From an uncultured bacterium (GTDB lineage: Bacteria; Oederibacteriota; PGYV01; CAWJRG01): a DNA stretch of 64,000 nt. Below, in pieces: positions 29,185 to 38,308 of this stretch. The stretch covers positions 32,709-96,708 of the forward strand of contig CAWJRG010000006.1 in NCBI GenBank assembly GCA_963845185.1, read 5' to 3'. The position numbers and the translations under genes were made by a program. The notes beneath the pieces are model-generated. The model was not told the origin of the DNA and ran no database searches. It was given only the letters and a program-made list of their open reading frames with translations. Numbering within the stretch: the stretch's first letter is position 1; each line of letters starts with the position of its first letter.

Positions 29185-31390
29185 GCCGATATTTTTTGTT
29201 TGCCTTTTTTACATGGCGGGCATATTTGCCGCAGCAATAGCCCCGATAAGCTGGCTGGTTTCGTTATTAATACTTCTCGCCGCACTTATAATTTATTTAT
29301 TGTTTTTCTTACATAAGGATAAAGCAGACTTTCTTGTTTTTATTCTTTTTTTCATGCTCGGCATGCTTTGCTACAGCATGTATACCGCATATTTCCCGCC
29401 AAACCATATATCCAAATACATTGCGAAAAACGGGAATAATATAAATGCCGTGGATGTCGTTGTCGGGGAAGACCCGGCAATAGCAGACAACAGGGTATAT
29501 TTCAGCGCCGATATAATAAACGCTTACGGAGACAACAAGAAAATTGAAAACCTTTCCGGCAAAATCAGGGTCACGATTGAAGAAAAACTTGGAACGGGAA
29601 TAGAGTACGGCGATGTGCTTAACATAAAAGGCGTGCTGCGGGAGCCCGGAGGTATAAAAAACGCTGGAGAATTTGACTATAAAAAATACCTGGAAAACAG
29701 GAAAATTTATTACACGATTTACGCAAAACAGGATAATGTACTGAAGATAGGCAAGAAAACCGGGAATTACCTTTATTATTTTTCGTACAGGATAAAACAC
29801 AGGCTCGTTGATATCATGTACTCGAGCATACCTTTTGATGAAGCGAAAATTCTCGACGGCATAATGCTGGGCAACGAGCGGAGGATACCGTACGAAGTTT
29901 ACGACAGGTTCAATACGACAGGCACGGTGCATATACTCGCGGTTTCCGGCCTGAAAGTGGGCCTCATAGCCCTGTTTGTTTTTCTCGTGCTTAAGGCAGC
30001 CAGGGTAAACAGGAAAATATCGGCGCTGGTAACCGTAATAATAATCACGGTTTTTACCATTATAACAGGCATGGCCGCTTCGGCTGTAAGAGCCACAATA
30101 ATGTCTTATGCCGTGCTCTTATGCCTTGCCATGGAAAGGGACGCAGATGTATTTGCTTCGATCGCCGCGGCAGCCATGGTTATCCTGCTTGTAAAACCCG
30201 TGGATTTATTCGATATAGGCTTTCAGCTTTCGTTCCTCGCGACCTTCGGGCTGATATACTGCAATAAATATTTTATGGGATTCTTTAAATTCATGCCGGA
30301 ATATGCGGCAGAACCGCTGGCCATAACCTTGACGGCACAGATATTTCTTGTGCCGCCGCTCGCCTACACTTTCCACATGATTTCTCTGGTATCCTTGATA
30401 GCGAATTTTTTTATAGTGCCGCTGACGAGCCTTATAATAATGATAGGGCTTGTTATGTGGTCCTTTGGGACTGTAAGCATGTGGGCCGCGCGGGTTTTCG
30501 GGGCCAGCATCTGGCTTATCGTGAAATCAATGATGTTTATCGTTAATTTTCTGGCGTCCGTGCCATTTGCCGCAATATCGGTAAAGACGTTTAACCCCGG
30601 GTTTGTTGTTTTTTATTACATATTTTTTTTGATACTGCCGCACTCCGACATTGACATAAAATTAAGGAAAATAAGCTTAAAGGCAGTTCTGGGCTTTGCC
30701 CTCCTTGCATGGGCTGGAATCCATATTATTTACGGAGGCAGCGACTTTAAATTCTACGGGCTTGACACGCGCGGCATTAACGCGGCGTTTGTAAAAACGC
30801 AGGACAATAAAAAAATACTCATGATATGCGGCGCTGCAAATGCAAGGGCTGAATCAGGGCTATACAGCCTGCGGAATACAGTGATACCTTTTTTGAAGCA
30901 CGAAGGCGTAAATACCATTGATTACCTTATACTGCTTTCGGCAGGGAAAAATACAGAATACATAAACAAGAATTTCCGCGTAATGAAAACAATATACGGC
31001 CACGGGATAATGCTGGAAAAACTCGGGGAAAACACGGATATTGAAATCAACACAAACGGGGTTAACATAAATTATAACGGCCGCAGGATTATATTTGCCA
31101 GGCATTTTGACAGCGGATTCAGGTATGAGCAAAACGCGGTTATTTACCTGTGCTCCCTTCCCGGGGAAAGCCTGGTTTTGCCTGCGGGGGACAGCATATA
31201 TTTTGTAAACAGCAATGGCCTTAAGTTTTCTAATGAAAAAGAGCCAGGCGCAAACTGGGCCGGCCATATGATTGACCTCGCAAAGACCGGCATGGCCGAA
31301 GTTATACTAACCGGGCATGGCAAAAAATACAGATTGCTTCTATCTTCCGGGCAACGTCAATTTTGTAAATACAACCAAAGGCAGGGATAA
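29171..31390 (+). CDS. comEC: ComEC/Rec2 DNA-uptake channel with degenerate C-terminal MBL-like domain
   Basis: N.GEFDY..YL, HILAVSG, SAVRA, DIGFQLSF, ANFFIVP. Confidence 0.92.
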   Translation: MQLNRPIFFVCLFYMAGIFAAAIAPISWLVSLLILLAALIIYLLFFLHKDKADFLVFILFFMLGMLCYSMYTAYFPPNHISKYIAKNGNNINAVDVVVGEDPAIADNRVYFSADIINAYGDNKKIENLSGKIRVTIEEKLGTGIEYGDVLNIKGVLREPGGIKNAGEFDYKKYLENRKIYYTIYAKQDNVLKIGKKTGNYLYYFSYRIKHRLVDIMYSSIPFDEAKILDGIMLGNERRIPYEVYDRFNTTGTVHILAVSGLKVGLIALFVFLVLKAARVNRKISALVTVIIITVFTIITGMAASAVRATIMSYAVLLCLAMERDADVFASIAAAAMVILLVKPVDLFDIGFQLSFLATFGLIYCNKYFMGFFKFMPEYAAEPLAITLTAQIFLVPPLAYTFHMISLVSLIANFFIVPLTSLIIMIGLVMWSFGTVSMWAARVFGASIWLIVKSMMFIVNFLASVPFAAISVKTFNPGFVVFYYIFFLILPHSDIDIKLRKISLKAVLGFALLAWAGIHIIYGGSDFKFYGLDTRGINAAFVKTQDNKKILMICGAANARAESGLYSLRNTVIPFLKHEGVNTIDYLILLSAGKNTEYINKNFRVMKTIYGHGIMLEKLGENTDIEINTNGVNINYNGRRIIFARHFDSGFRYEQNAVIYLCSLPGESLVLPAGDSIYFVNSNGLKFSNEKEPGANWAGHMIDLAKTGMAEVILTGHGKKYRLLLSSGQRQFCKYNQRQG

Positions 31391-31429
31391 AGGCCGGCGG
31401 TTCAAAATTCTACAAATCCTACAAAAAAT

Positions 31430-31458
31430 TTGACAAACATCGAATTGTAGGTTATACT
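31430..31458 (+). promoter_or_regulatory. Sigma70 promoter of the surface-protein cluster, with an inverted repeat around the -35
   Basis: TTGACA-17 nt-TATACT; CCTACAA (31418-31424) ... TTGTAGG (31445-31451). Confidence 0.7.
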
Positions 31459-31686
31459 TTATATATATCAATTAAAAAACGCGCACTCATCTAAGAAAAC
31501 CGGGGAAAGAGGAGATGGTTTTTATGATGAGGTTGTTAAAAAAGGGAATAGGGTTTGGAAAGCCCTCTCTGAATCAAACAATTCAAATAAACCGCCATAT
31601 ATAAAATTAAAATATTGCATTTGGCAAAATTTCAGTGAAAAACAACTCATTTTTATAAAAATATAAATTAAACACGGGAGGGCATT

Positions 31687-34600
31687 ATGAAAAAAATCCT
31701 TACATTGGTTTTCACCATTTTATTTTTTATGCCTGTTTTTGTTTTTGCAGACGTCTGGTCGGATTTTCACGGCACAAACAGCACCGCGGGTAATATTGAT
31801 ACAGGGACAAGGTATAACCCTGATTCAACATTAAATCCTTCCTGTTTGGGGTTATTATTGTCGCAAACAAACTGGGACGGCGCGGGCGTAAATGTTATAC
31901 AGGAGTCATCGCCGGCGGTGGCAAATGGGATTGTATATTTAGGGTCAACAGATGGCAAATTATACGCATGGAACGCGGCAACAGGAGTTGCTATTTCTGG
32001 ATTTCCAACAAACACAAACACATACGCGGCTATTTCATCAACTCCGGCAATAGCAAATGGAATTGTATATGTGGGGTCGGACGATGGCAATTTATACGCA
32101 TGGAATGCGGCAACAGGAGCGGCTATTACAGGATTTCCTGTAAGTACCGGAGCATATCTTACATCATCACCGGTAATAGCAAATGGGATTGTATATATTG
32201 AATCGAATTATCCGGATAATAAATTATACGCGTTTAATGCGGCAACAGGCGTTGCCATTTCGGGATTCCCTGTAAGTGCAGGAGGAGCTCAACTATCATC
32301 GCCGGCAATAGCAAATGGAATTGTATATGCCGGGTCATACAATGGTAATGTATACGCGTTTAACGCGTTAACAGGCGCTGCTATTTCTGGATTTCCCGTA
32401 AGTACAGGAGGAGGCATTGACTCATCGGTTGCAATATCAAACGGAATAATATATGTTGGTTCTTATGACGGCAAATTATACGCATGGGACGCAGCGACAG
32501 GTGTTGCTATTTCAGGATTCCCGGTAAGCACAGGCGGGGAAATTGCATCGTCGCCGGCCATAGCAAATGGGAACGTATATGTTCAGTCTTATGACGGCAA
32601 ATTATACGCATGGAACGCGGCAACAGGCGTTGCCATTTCGGGATTCCCTGTAACTGTAACTCTAAATTTGCTTAATAACCTGAGATCGTCACCGGCAGTA
32701 GCAAATGGTTATGTCTATGTTGGAACAAATGATAATGAAATATACGCTTATAATGCTGCAAATGGAAATTTAGCATGGCAATATCAATTACCATCGAATT
32801 ATGACAGCGAAGGAGTTGATTTTTGTTCTCCTGCAATAGTAGGTAACGAATTGTTTGTTTCATCAGACCAGGGCAACGGCATATTTGTTTTCGCGCAGTG
32901 CACGCCGACACCCACAGATACTCCAACAGCAACCCCGACATATACATACACTCCGACGCCGACAAACACGCCCATAGTGACGCCGTCAATAGCAGTAGTA
33001 GGCATAAAAGACAGCGCCATAGACTGGCTGCACACGATGCAGATGCTGACGCCTACATATTCTGCCGCAGTTGACGGGGCATGGGGCTTCACAAATAACC
33101 AGTGGGGCTCGAATACGGGCTATCCTACTCCGCCGCCTACCCCCGCGGCCGACTGCCAGGCAAACGGTGAGAACACGTCATCGACCGCGGAAGTGGGCGT
33201 AACAGGGCTTGCCGTGCTTGCCCTGCTCAACGAGGGCGCTTATTTTTATTTTACGACCATTCCGCCCGCGGTCACTGACACGCCTGTAATCGGCCTGAGC
33301 GTGAACGACCCTGCCGTGCTCAGGGGCATAGGGTACATACTCAGCAATGCGCAAATAACAAATGTTTTTCCCGATGGAAGCGTAGAAGGCCCTATAACAG
33401 ACAGGAAAGTGCCGGCAGTGGAGGGGGTAACCGACGTGTACGACACGTCCAGCGCCCTGGTCGCGCTGGCGGCGTTCAGGAGAGTGGCAAGAAACACGGG
33501 CCTATGGGGCAATATCGCGCATTTCCAGGCCATAGATTCGGATTTGCCGAATGATTTCTTTGACCGGATAGAGAAGGCCATGGAACAAGGCTGGAGGTAT
33601 TTGATGAACGTGCAGATGATAGAACTCGGAACCAGCCTTGATACGTCCAGGGAAATAGACCTTTTCGGGACAGGTACTTTTACAGAAACAACATGCTTTT
33701 ATGGCGGTTGGGGATACCCGAGAATTAACTGGGCAGATATGAGCAATACTCAGTTCGCTGTCTGGGCGCTGGAAGTATTGGATACAGAGACGAGGACGTA
33801 TACAGTGTATACTACTACGGGGAATCCTATATTACCTGATGCCATAGCGGCGCCATTGACAGTAGGAGTTCCGTATCAGACACTGGAATTTTATATTGCC
33901 CGGCGCGACAAGGCGCATATTTTTATAAGCAGGGATAACCAGGCTTATTTAAATTACATACTCTCGCAAAACTGGCCGTTATTCAGCGCCATGCCCACGC
34001 CTGCGCCGGGCCCTGAGGGCGGATATTACGGCCCATGCGCCGGCCAGTACACAATACACACGCAAAACCCGCCTTATGGCAGCATAACAGCGGCAGGTAT
34101 CTGGTCCCAGTATTGCGCAAATTATCCATGGACATCAATTCCACCGGGTCCATCTGTAGGTAGTTCAGACCCGGTTGCGTGGGATGAATATTTATGGTTG
34201 CAAAATGCCAATATGTATAACAATAATCCCGGCCTAGCCGGCCAATTTTATTTTTATTATGTGATGACCATGACAAAGGCGTTTTTAATGAGTAATGTAA
34301 CTACTATAGACTGGGGTTCTGACTGGTATGCTGATTTTGTAAGCGCATTATTGCCGCCCAGAGCTACTTTAGTAAGCGTACCATGGCCGGTTTATCCGAA
34401 TTGCGCGCAAAAATATTATTGGCACGATGTGGGCACATATTTTCCGACTGGTTATGCGCAGACTGAAAAAGACGTGTTCGGGACAATATGCGCCATACTC
34501 GGCATAGAGACAAAGCTTGGCCCAGCTCCATATAATATAGCCGGCACAACGCCTGTTAACAGGTTATATATCGAGCTAATGAGCCCGGGCGAGCTTCTCG

Positions 34601-36099
34601 CGATTGATGAAAATAACCAGCAAACAGGTTGTCAAAACGAGGCAAATTATATCCAGATACCAAGCTCTACGTTCACGGGTTGTGGGACCGAGCCTCAGAG
34701 AATAGAAGTAAACAGCCCGGCTGGCGTATACAGGGTGAAGATAAAAGCCATTAGTAACGCATTTGTTACCTTAAAGGCCGGAACAATATTTTACGGCAAT
34801 ACAATGAGCGAATATTCCAAAGGCATAACAATGACAGCAGGACAGACCCTTGAATACCGTGTGAGCGTAGGGAACGTATTCTGGCCATTGACTTTATCAT
34901 GCAGTTTCAGCCATGGAATAAGCGCGCCGACGCCGGCCTATACGCCTACGGAAACATTAACAGAAACACTAACTTATACCGCAACCCAAACCCCGTCCCG
35001 TAGCTTTACCCCAACTTTTACTTACACAAATACTCCGACAGCTACGGCAACATATACCGCAACGCCCACTCCGACAAATACGGAAATACCGGGCTTGTGC
35101 TATAGGCTGAAATACAGGCCAGTGATTGAAAAAATCCACACAAACACAATCAATCCTGAGATTGTCGTGAAGAATTGCTCGAAAAAGGACGTTGATTTGA
35201 GCGGCGTGGTAATAAGGTATTTCTATACTTCTGACGGTTACTCAGGCGATGAGATTACAGGGATTATCAAGGCGTTTAAGACAGGAAAAACCGGCAACAG
35301 GGATAATAAATACAGGGGGATGAGACAGGGGGATGAGGCAGGGGGAGAGTTATTGGATGATGAGGATTTTGAAAAGGATGAGAACATAGGATTTGACATG
35401 GACAAGGAAAAAGGAAAACACAATATATCAGGCTGCGTGAACGTAAATGTAATAAAAGTTCCGGGATTCTGCCAGGACAGGATACTCGAAATAACATTCA
35501 ACGATTGCGCCGGGATTTTGGAGCGCGACGGTAAAATATCGTTGAGCGTGTTTGTAAGAAGAAAAGACGGCAGTTTATATGACCAGTCGAATGATTATTC
35601 GTTTGGAAAGTTTGAGGAATGGAAAAACTGGGACAGGATATGCGTATATGACAGCGGATACCTTGCATGGGGCAAGGAACCTGAATGCATATCGCCTTCG
35701 GCGAGTGCTACGTGGGGAGTGGTAAGTGCTACGTTAACTGCAACTACAACACCTACACGAGAGCAGGTATGCGAAGACAATGCAAAGACAACGCCGCAGG
35801 AAATATCAATTGAACCAAACGATAAAAACGTATATAATTATCCCAATCCTTGTAAGGGACAGACAAGCATAAGATTCCCTTTGCCTGAGCAGCAGCAAGT
35901 AAAGATAGTTATTTATGACATTAACGGAAGGATAATATGGCGGAAAGAATTAAGCCCTGCGGAGACAATACAGGGAATAAACAGCGTAAGCTGGAACGGA
36001 GAAAACGACTTGGGACAGGAAACGGCGAACGGCGTATATTTTTGCAGGGTGGTTTTTAGGGACATAACAATAACTAAAAAAATAGCGGTAATTCGCTGA
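31687..36099 (+). CDS. Large secreted modular protein: PQQ-like propeller, prenyltransferase/terpene-cyclase-like (alpha/alpha) domain, Ig-like domain, CBM3, T9SS-CTD/FlgD-like tail
   Basis: Signal peptide; about 7 SSPAIANGIVY..S.DG.LYAWNAATG repeats; GGWGY...DMSNTQFAVWAL and YGSITAAG; TNTINP...DLSGVVIRYFYT.D...YDQSNDYSF; YNYPNP...ANGVY...KIAVIR. Confidence 0.85.
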   Translation: MKKILTLVFTILFFMPVFVFADVWSDFHGTNSTAGNIDTGTRYNPDSTLNPSCLGLLLSQTNWDGAGVNVIQESSPAVANGIVYLGSTDGKLYAWNAATGVAISGFPTNTNTYAAISSTPAIANGIVYVGSDDGNLYAWNAATGAAITGFPVSTGAYLTSSPVIANGIVYIESNYPDNKLYAFNAATGVAISGFPVSAGGAQLSSPAIANGIVYAGSYNGNVYAFNALTGAAISGFPVSTGGGIDSSVAISNGIIYVGSYDGKLYAWDAATGVAISGFPVSTGGEIASSPAIANGNVYVQSYDGKLYAWNAATGVAISGFPVTVTLNLLNNLRSSPAVANGYVYVGTNDNEIYAYNAANGNLAWQYQLPSNYDSEGVDFCSPAIVGNELFVSSDQGNGIFVFAQCTPTPTDTPTATPTYTYTPTPTNTPIVTPSIAVVGIKDSAIDWLHTMQMLTPTYSAAVDGAWGFTNNQWGSNTGYPTPPPTPAADCQANGENTSSTAEVGVTGLAVLALLNEGAYFYFTTIPPAVTDTPVIGLSVNDPAVLRGIGYILSNAQITNVFPDGSVEGPITDRKVPAVEGVTDVYDTSSALVALAAFRRVARNTGLWGNIAHFQAIDSDLPNDFFDRIEKAMEQGWRYLMNVQMIELGTSLDTSREIDLFGTGTFTETTCFYGGWGYPRINWADMSNTQFAVWALEVLDTETRTYTVYTTTGNPILPDAIAAPLTVGVPYQTLEFYIARRDKAHIFISRDNQAYLNYILSQNWPLFSAMPTPAPGPEGGYYGPCAGQYTIHTQNPPYGSITAAGIWSQYCANYPWTSIPPGPSVGSSDPVAWDEYLWLQNANMYNNNPGLAGQFYFYYVMTMTKAFLMSNVTTIDWGSDWYADFVSALLPPRATLVSVPWPVYPNCAQKYYWHDVGTYFPTGYAQTEKDVFGTICAILGIETKLGPAPYNIAGTTPVNRLYIELMSPGELLAIDENNQQTGCQNEANYIQIPSSTFTGCGTEPQRIEVNSPAGVYRVKIKAISNAFVTLKAGTIFYGNTMSEYSKGITMTAGQTLEYRVSVGNVFWPLTLSCSFSHGISAPTPAYTPTETLTETLTYTATQTPSRSFTPTFTYTNTPTATATYTATPTPTNTEIPGLCYRLKYRPVIEKIHTNTINPEIVVKNCSKKDVDLSGVVIRYFYTSDGYSGDEITGIIKAFKTGKTGNRDNKYRGMRQGDEAGGELLDDEDFEKDENIGFDMDKEKGKHNISGCVNVNVIKVPGFCQDRILEITFNDCAGILERDGKISLSVFVRRKDGSLYDQSNDYSFGKFEEWKNWDRICVYDSGYLAWGKEPECISPSASATWGVVSATLTATTTPTREQVCEDNAKTTPQEISIEPNDKNVYNYPNPCKGQTSIRFPLPEQQQVKIVIYDINGRIIWRKELSPAETIQGINSVSWNGENDLGQETANGVYFCRVVFRDITITKKIAVIR

Positions 36100-36109
36100 T
36101 AAAACATAC

Positions 36110-36156
36110 AAAAGGCAAAGGAACGATGAAAAATTCTTTTGCCTTTTTATTTTTTT
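36110..36156 (+). terminator. Hairpin followed by a T-tract (putative intrinsic terminator)
   Basis: AAAAGGCAAAGGAA...TTCTTTTGCCTTTT then T-rich tract. Confidence 0.6.
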
Positions 36157-36168
36157 GAAGGAGTAGGT

Positions 36169-38064
36169 GTGAAAAAAATAAAATCTATTTATATACTTTT
36201 TATATCGTTAATATCTTTATCAATACAAATAAAAGCTGGAAACATATGGATAGATGCGCATGGCACAAGCGATACAAGCGGGACGTGGAATAGCGGCATA
36301 AGGTCGGATACCCTGACAACAATATATCCGCCGTATGTGAAAAGATGGGAAAAATATGCGTGGAGCGTAACACCCAGTGCAAATGTAGTACCAACAGATA
36401 ATTTTTCTTTAATTTATAATGGATATGTATACTTTGGTCAAGGAGATCAAGATACCGGAGGAGTGCATTGGGACGACCCGGGCTATGTTTGGGCATGGGA
36501 TATACAAACAGGGGTGACTAAAACAGGATATTCTTTAGGACCGTTAGATAGTGGAATAATCTCAGTAGGGGGGGGGCTCGTAATTGGAAATAATAATATA
36601 TATGCGATAACACAGCATAAAGTATATGGTTGGAGTTTGAATACTTTAAATTTAATATCCGGATTTCCTGTAGATATAACAGAAACAGTTGGACAAACAT
36701 TGTGGGTATTACCTGAAGATGGAATAATATATTGGCAAAATAAATTATATTTCGTAGTTGGTGATTTTAGGGGAAATACAGCGGATATGAGAAGTTATTT
36801 ATTCGTAAAAGACGCGAATAATGGAAGTGAATTATGGAGGAAACAATTAAGCATGGGGGGTGGGCAGACTCCTGCGATTTGGAATGGCCGTGTATATGTA
36901 GCAGGAAGGACAGACCAGCAAATTCATTGCTGGGACGCGAATACAGGAGCTGACTGCGCGAATTTTCCCGTAAGTGTAACTGGAACAATGCGGGCAATGC
37001 CGGTAATAGAAAACGGCATAATATATATTGGTGATGAATCAGGATATTTTTATTCGATAGACGCGACAACAGGGAATATAAATTGGACATATACGACCAT
37101 AGGCAGCGAGCACATAGACAGCACGGCAAGCATATGGCAGGACAAGATATATTTTGGCGGGGATAATGGAAACTTGTATGGGCTGTATAAAGTGACAGGG
37201 AATCTTGTGAGCGGGTTTCCAGTCGGCAATGCCGGCGGTTCTGGGCCAATGAGCACCGCAAATGGCGTAATATACAACGCTGGTTATGGGGGCCTGGCAA
37301 TTAACGCAAATAACGGCGCTTTGTTATGGACTGGAAATCCAGATACATCACATGGCGGTGGAGTCTCTTTTCAATATAATTATCAATCAGCAACTATAGG
37401 ACAGAATGAGGTAGTAATGGTGTATTCGGGATTTAATGGAATTGTAGTATACTGCATGCCGTCGCCAACAACCTCGCCGACAGCTTCGCCCACAATAACC
37501 GGAACACCACCGACACAGACCATGACCGAAACCATAACGCCGACGATGACTTACACAAGCACGCAGACAATGACAAGTACTTATACGATAACAGTCACAA
37601 TCACGCAGACATTTACATCCTCTTCGACAGCTTCGACTTCGGCTACACCTTCGCTCACTGGTACAAGCTCAGTGTCCAACACTCCTACTGCGACTATGAC
37701 ATTGACAATAACTCAAACATTGACGCCATCGGCTACATATACCATAACGCCGACAGTAACAGCGATTCCAGCCTCTTTTTATTTTAAACTCATAGCAAAC
37801 TCCCCAAACCCTGCCAGTGGATATACTTACATTATCTATGAACTCGGCACGGGAGCGGATGTAAAAGTCAAAATATACACAATAAGCGGGGAAAAAGTAA
37901 CCACATTTGAACAACAAGGCTCGGCTGGAAGAAATAGCATCCGATGGAACTGCAAAAATTTTGCGAATAAAGACGTAGCCAGCGGAGTATACATATACAG
38001 AATTGAAGCGGTGTCAGGCAGCAATAAAGCAAAAGCGTGGAGCAAACTGGCGGTAATAAGATGA
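36169..38064 (+). CDS. Secreted PQQ-like (BamB-type) propeller protein with Thr-rich linker and CTD; paralog B
   Basis: GAAGGAG RBS with GTG start; signal peptide; propeller repeats; NSPNP...ASGVY...KLAVIR. Confidence 0.85.
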   Translation: MKKIKSIYILFISLISLSIQIKAGNIWIDAHGTSDTSGTWNSGIRSDTLTTIYPPYVKRWEKYAWSVTPSANVVPTDNFSLIYNGYVYFGQGDQDTGGVHWDDPGYVWAWDIQTGVTKTGYSLGPLDSGIISVGGGLVIGNNNIYAITQHKVYGWSLNTLNLISGFPVDITETVGQTLWVLPEDGIIYWQNKLYFVVGDFRGNTADMRSYLFVKDANNGSELWRKQLSMGGGQTPAIWNGRVYVAGRTDQQIHCWDANTGADCANFPVSVTGTMRAMPVIENGIIYIGDESGYFYSIDATTGNINWTYTTIGSEHIDSTASIWQDKIYFGGDNGNLYGLYKVTGNLVSGFPVGNAGGSGPMSTANGVIYNAGYGGLAINANNGALLWTGNPDTSHGGGVSFQYNYQSATIGQNEVVMVYSGFNGIVVYCMPSPTTSPTASPTITGTPPTQTMTETITPTMTYTSTQTMTSTYTITVTITQTFTSSSTASTSATPSLTGTSSVSNTPTATMTLTITQTLTPSATYTITPTVTAIPASFYFKLIANSPNPASGYTYIIYELGTGADVKVKIYTISGEKVTTFEQQGSAGRNSIRWNCKNFANKDVASGVYIYRIEAVSGSNKAKAWSKLAVIR

Positions 38065-38145
38065 CGCTCAAAGTTCAAAGCTCAAGGCAACAGGAGAGGC
38101 AAAAACGTGATAAAATTTTTTCAGACATATAAAGACGATATAATA

Positions 38146-38230
38146 ACAGGAGACGGCGAACGGCGTATATTTTTGCAGGGTGGTTTTCAGAGACATAACG
38201 ATAACCAAACGAATTGCTGTTATCCGCTGA
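38146..38230 (+). pseudogene. Orphan 3' end of a paralog of the 31687-36099 gene
   Basis: Reads QETANGVYFCRVVFRDITITKRIAVIR*, versus ...KKIAVIR* at 36016-36099. Confidence 0.85.
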
Positions 38231-38247
38231 TAGATTTTGTGCGATTA

Positions 38248-38279
38248 GCAAAGGGAACGGGTTTAGCCGTTCCCTTTGC
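38248..38279 (+). terminator. Perfect 13-bp hairpin
   Basis: GCAAAGGGAACGG-GTTTAG-CCGTTCCCTTTGC, directly after the remnant stop codon. Confidence 0.6.
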
Positions 38280-38308
38280 ATTATTGAAAAAGAAAAAGGG
38301 GTATAAAT

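Noticed and set aside
34678-34698. GCGTEPQ as an alpha-2-macroglobulin thioester motif
   Set aside because: It does not match the CxEQ spacing and lies in an Ig-like domain outside the helical barrel
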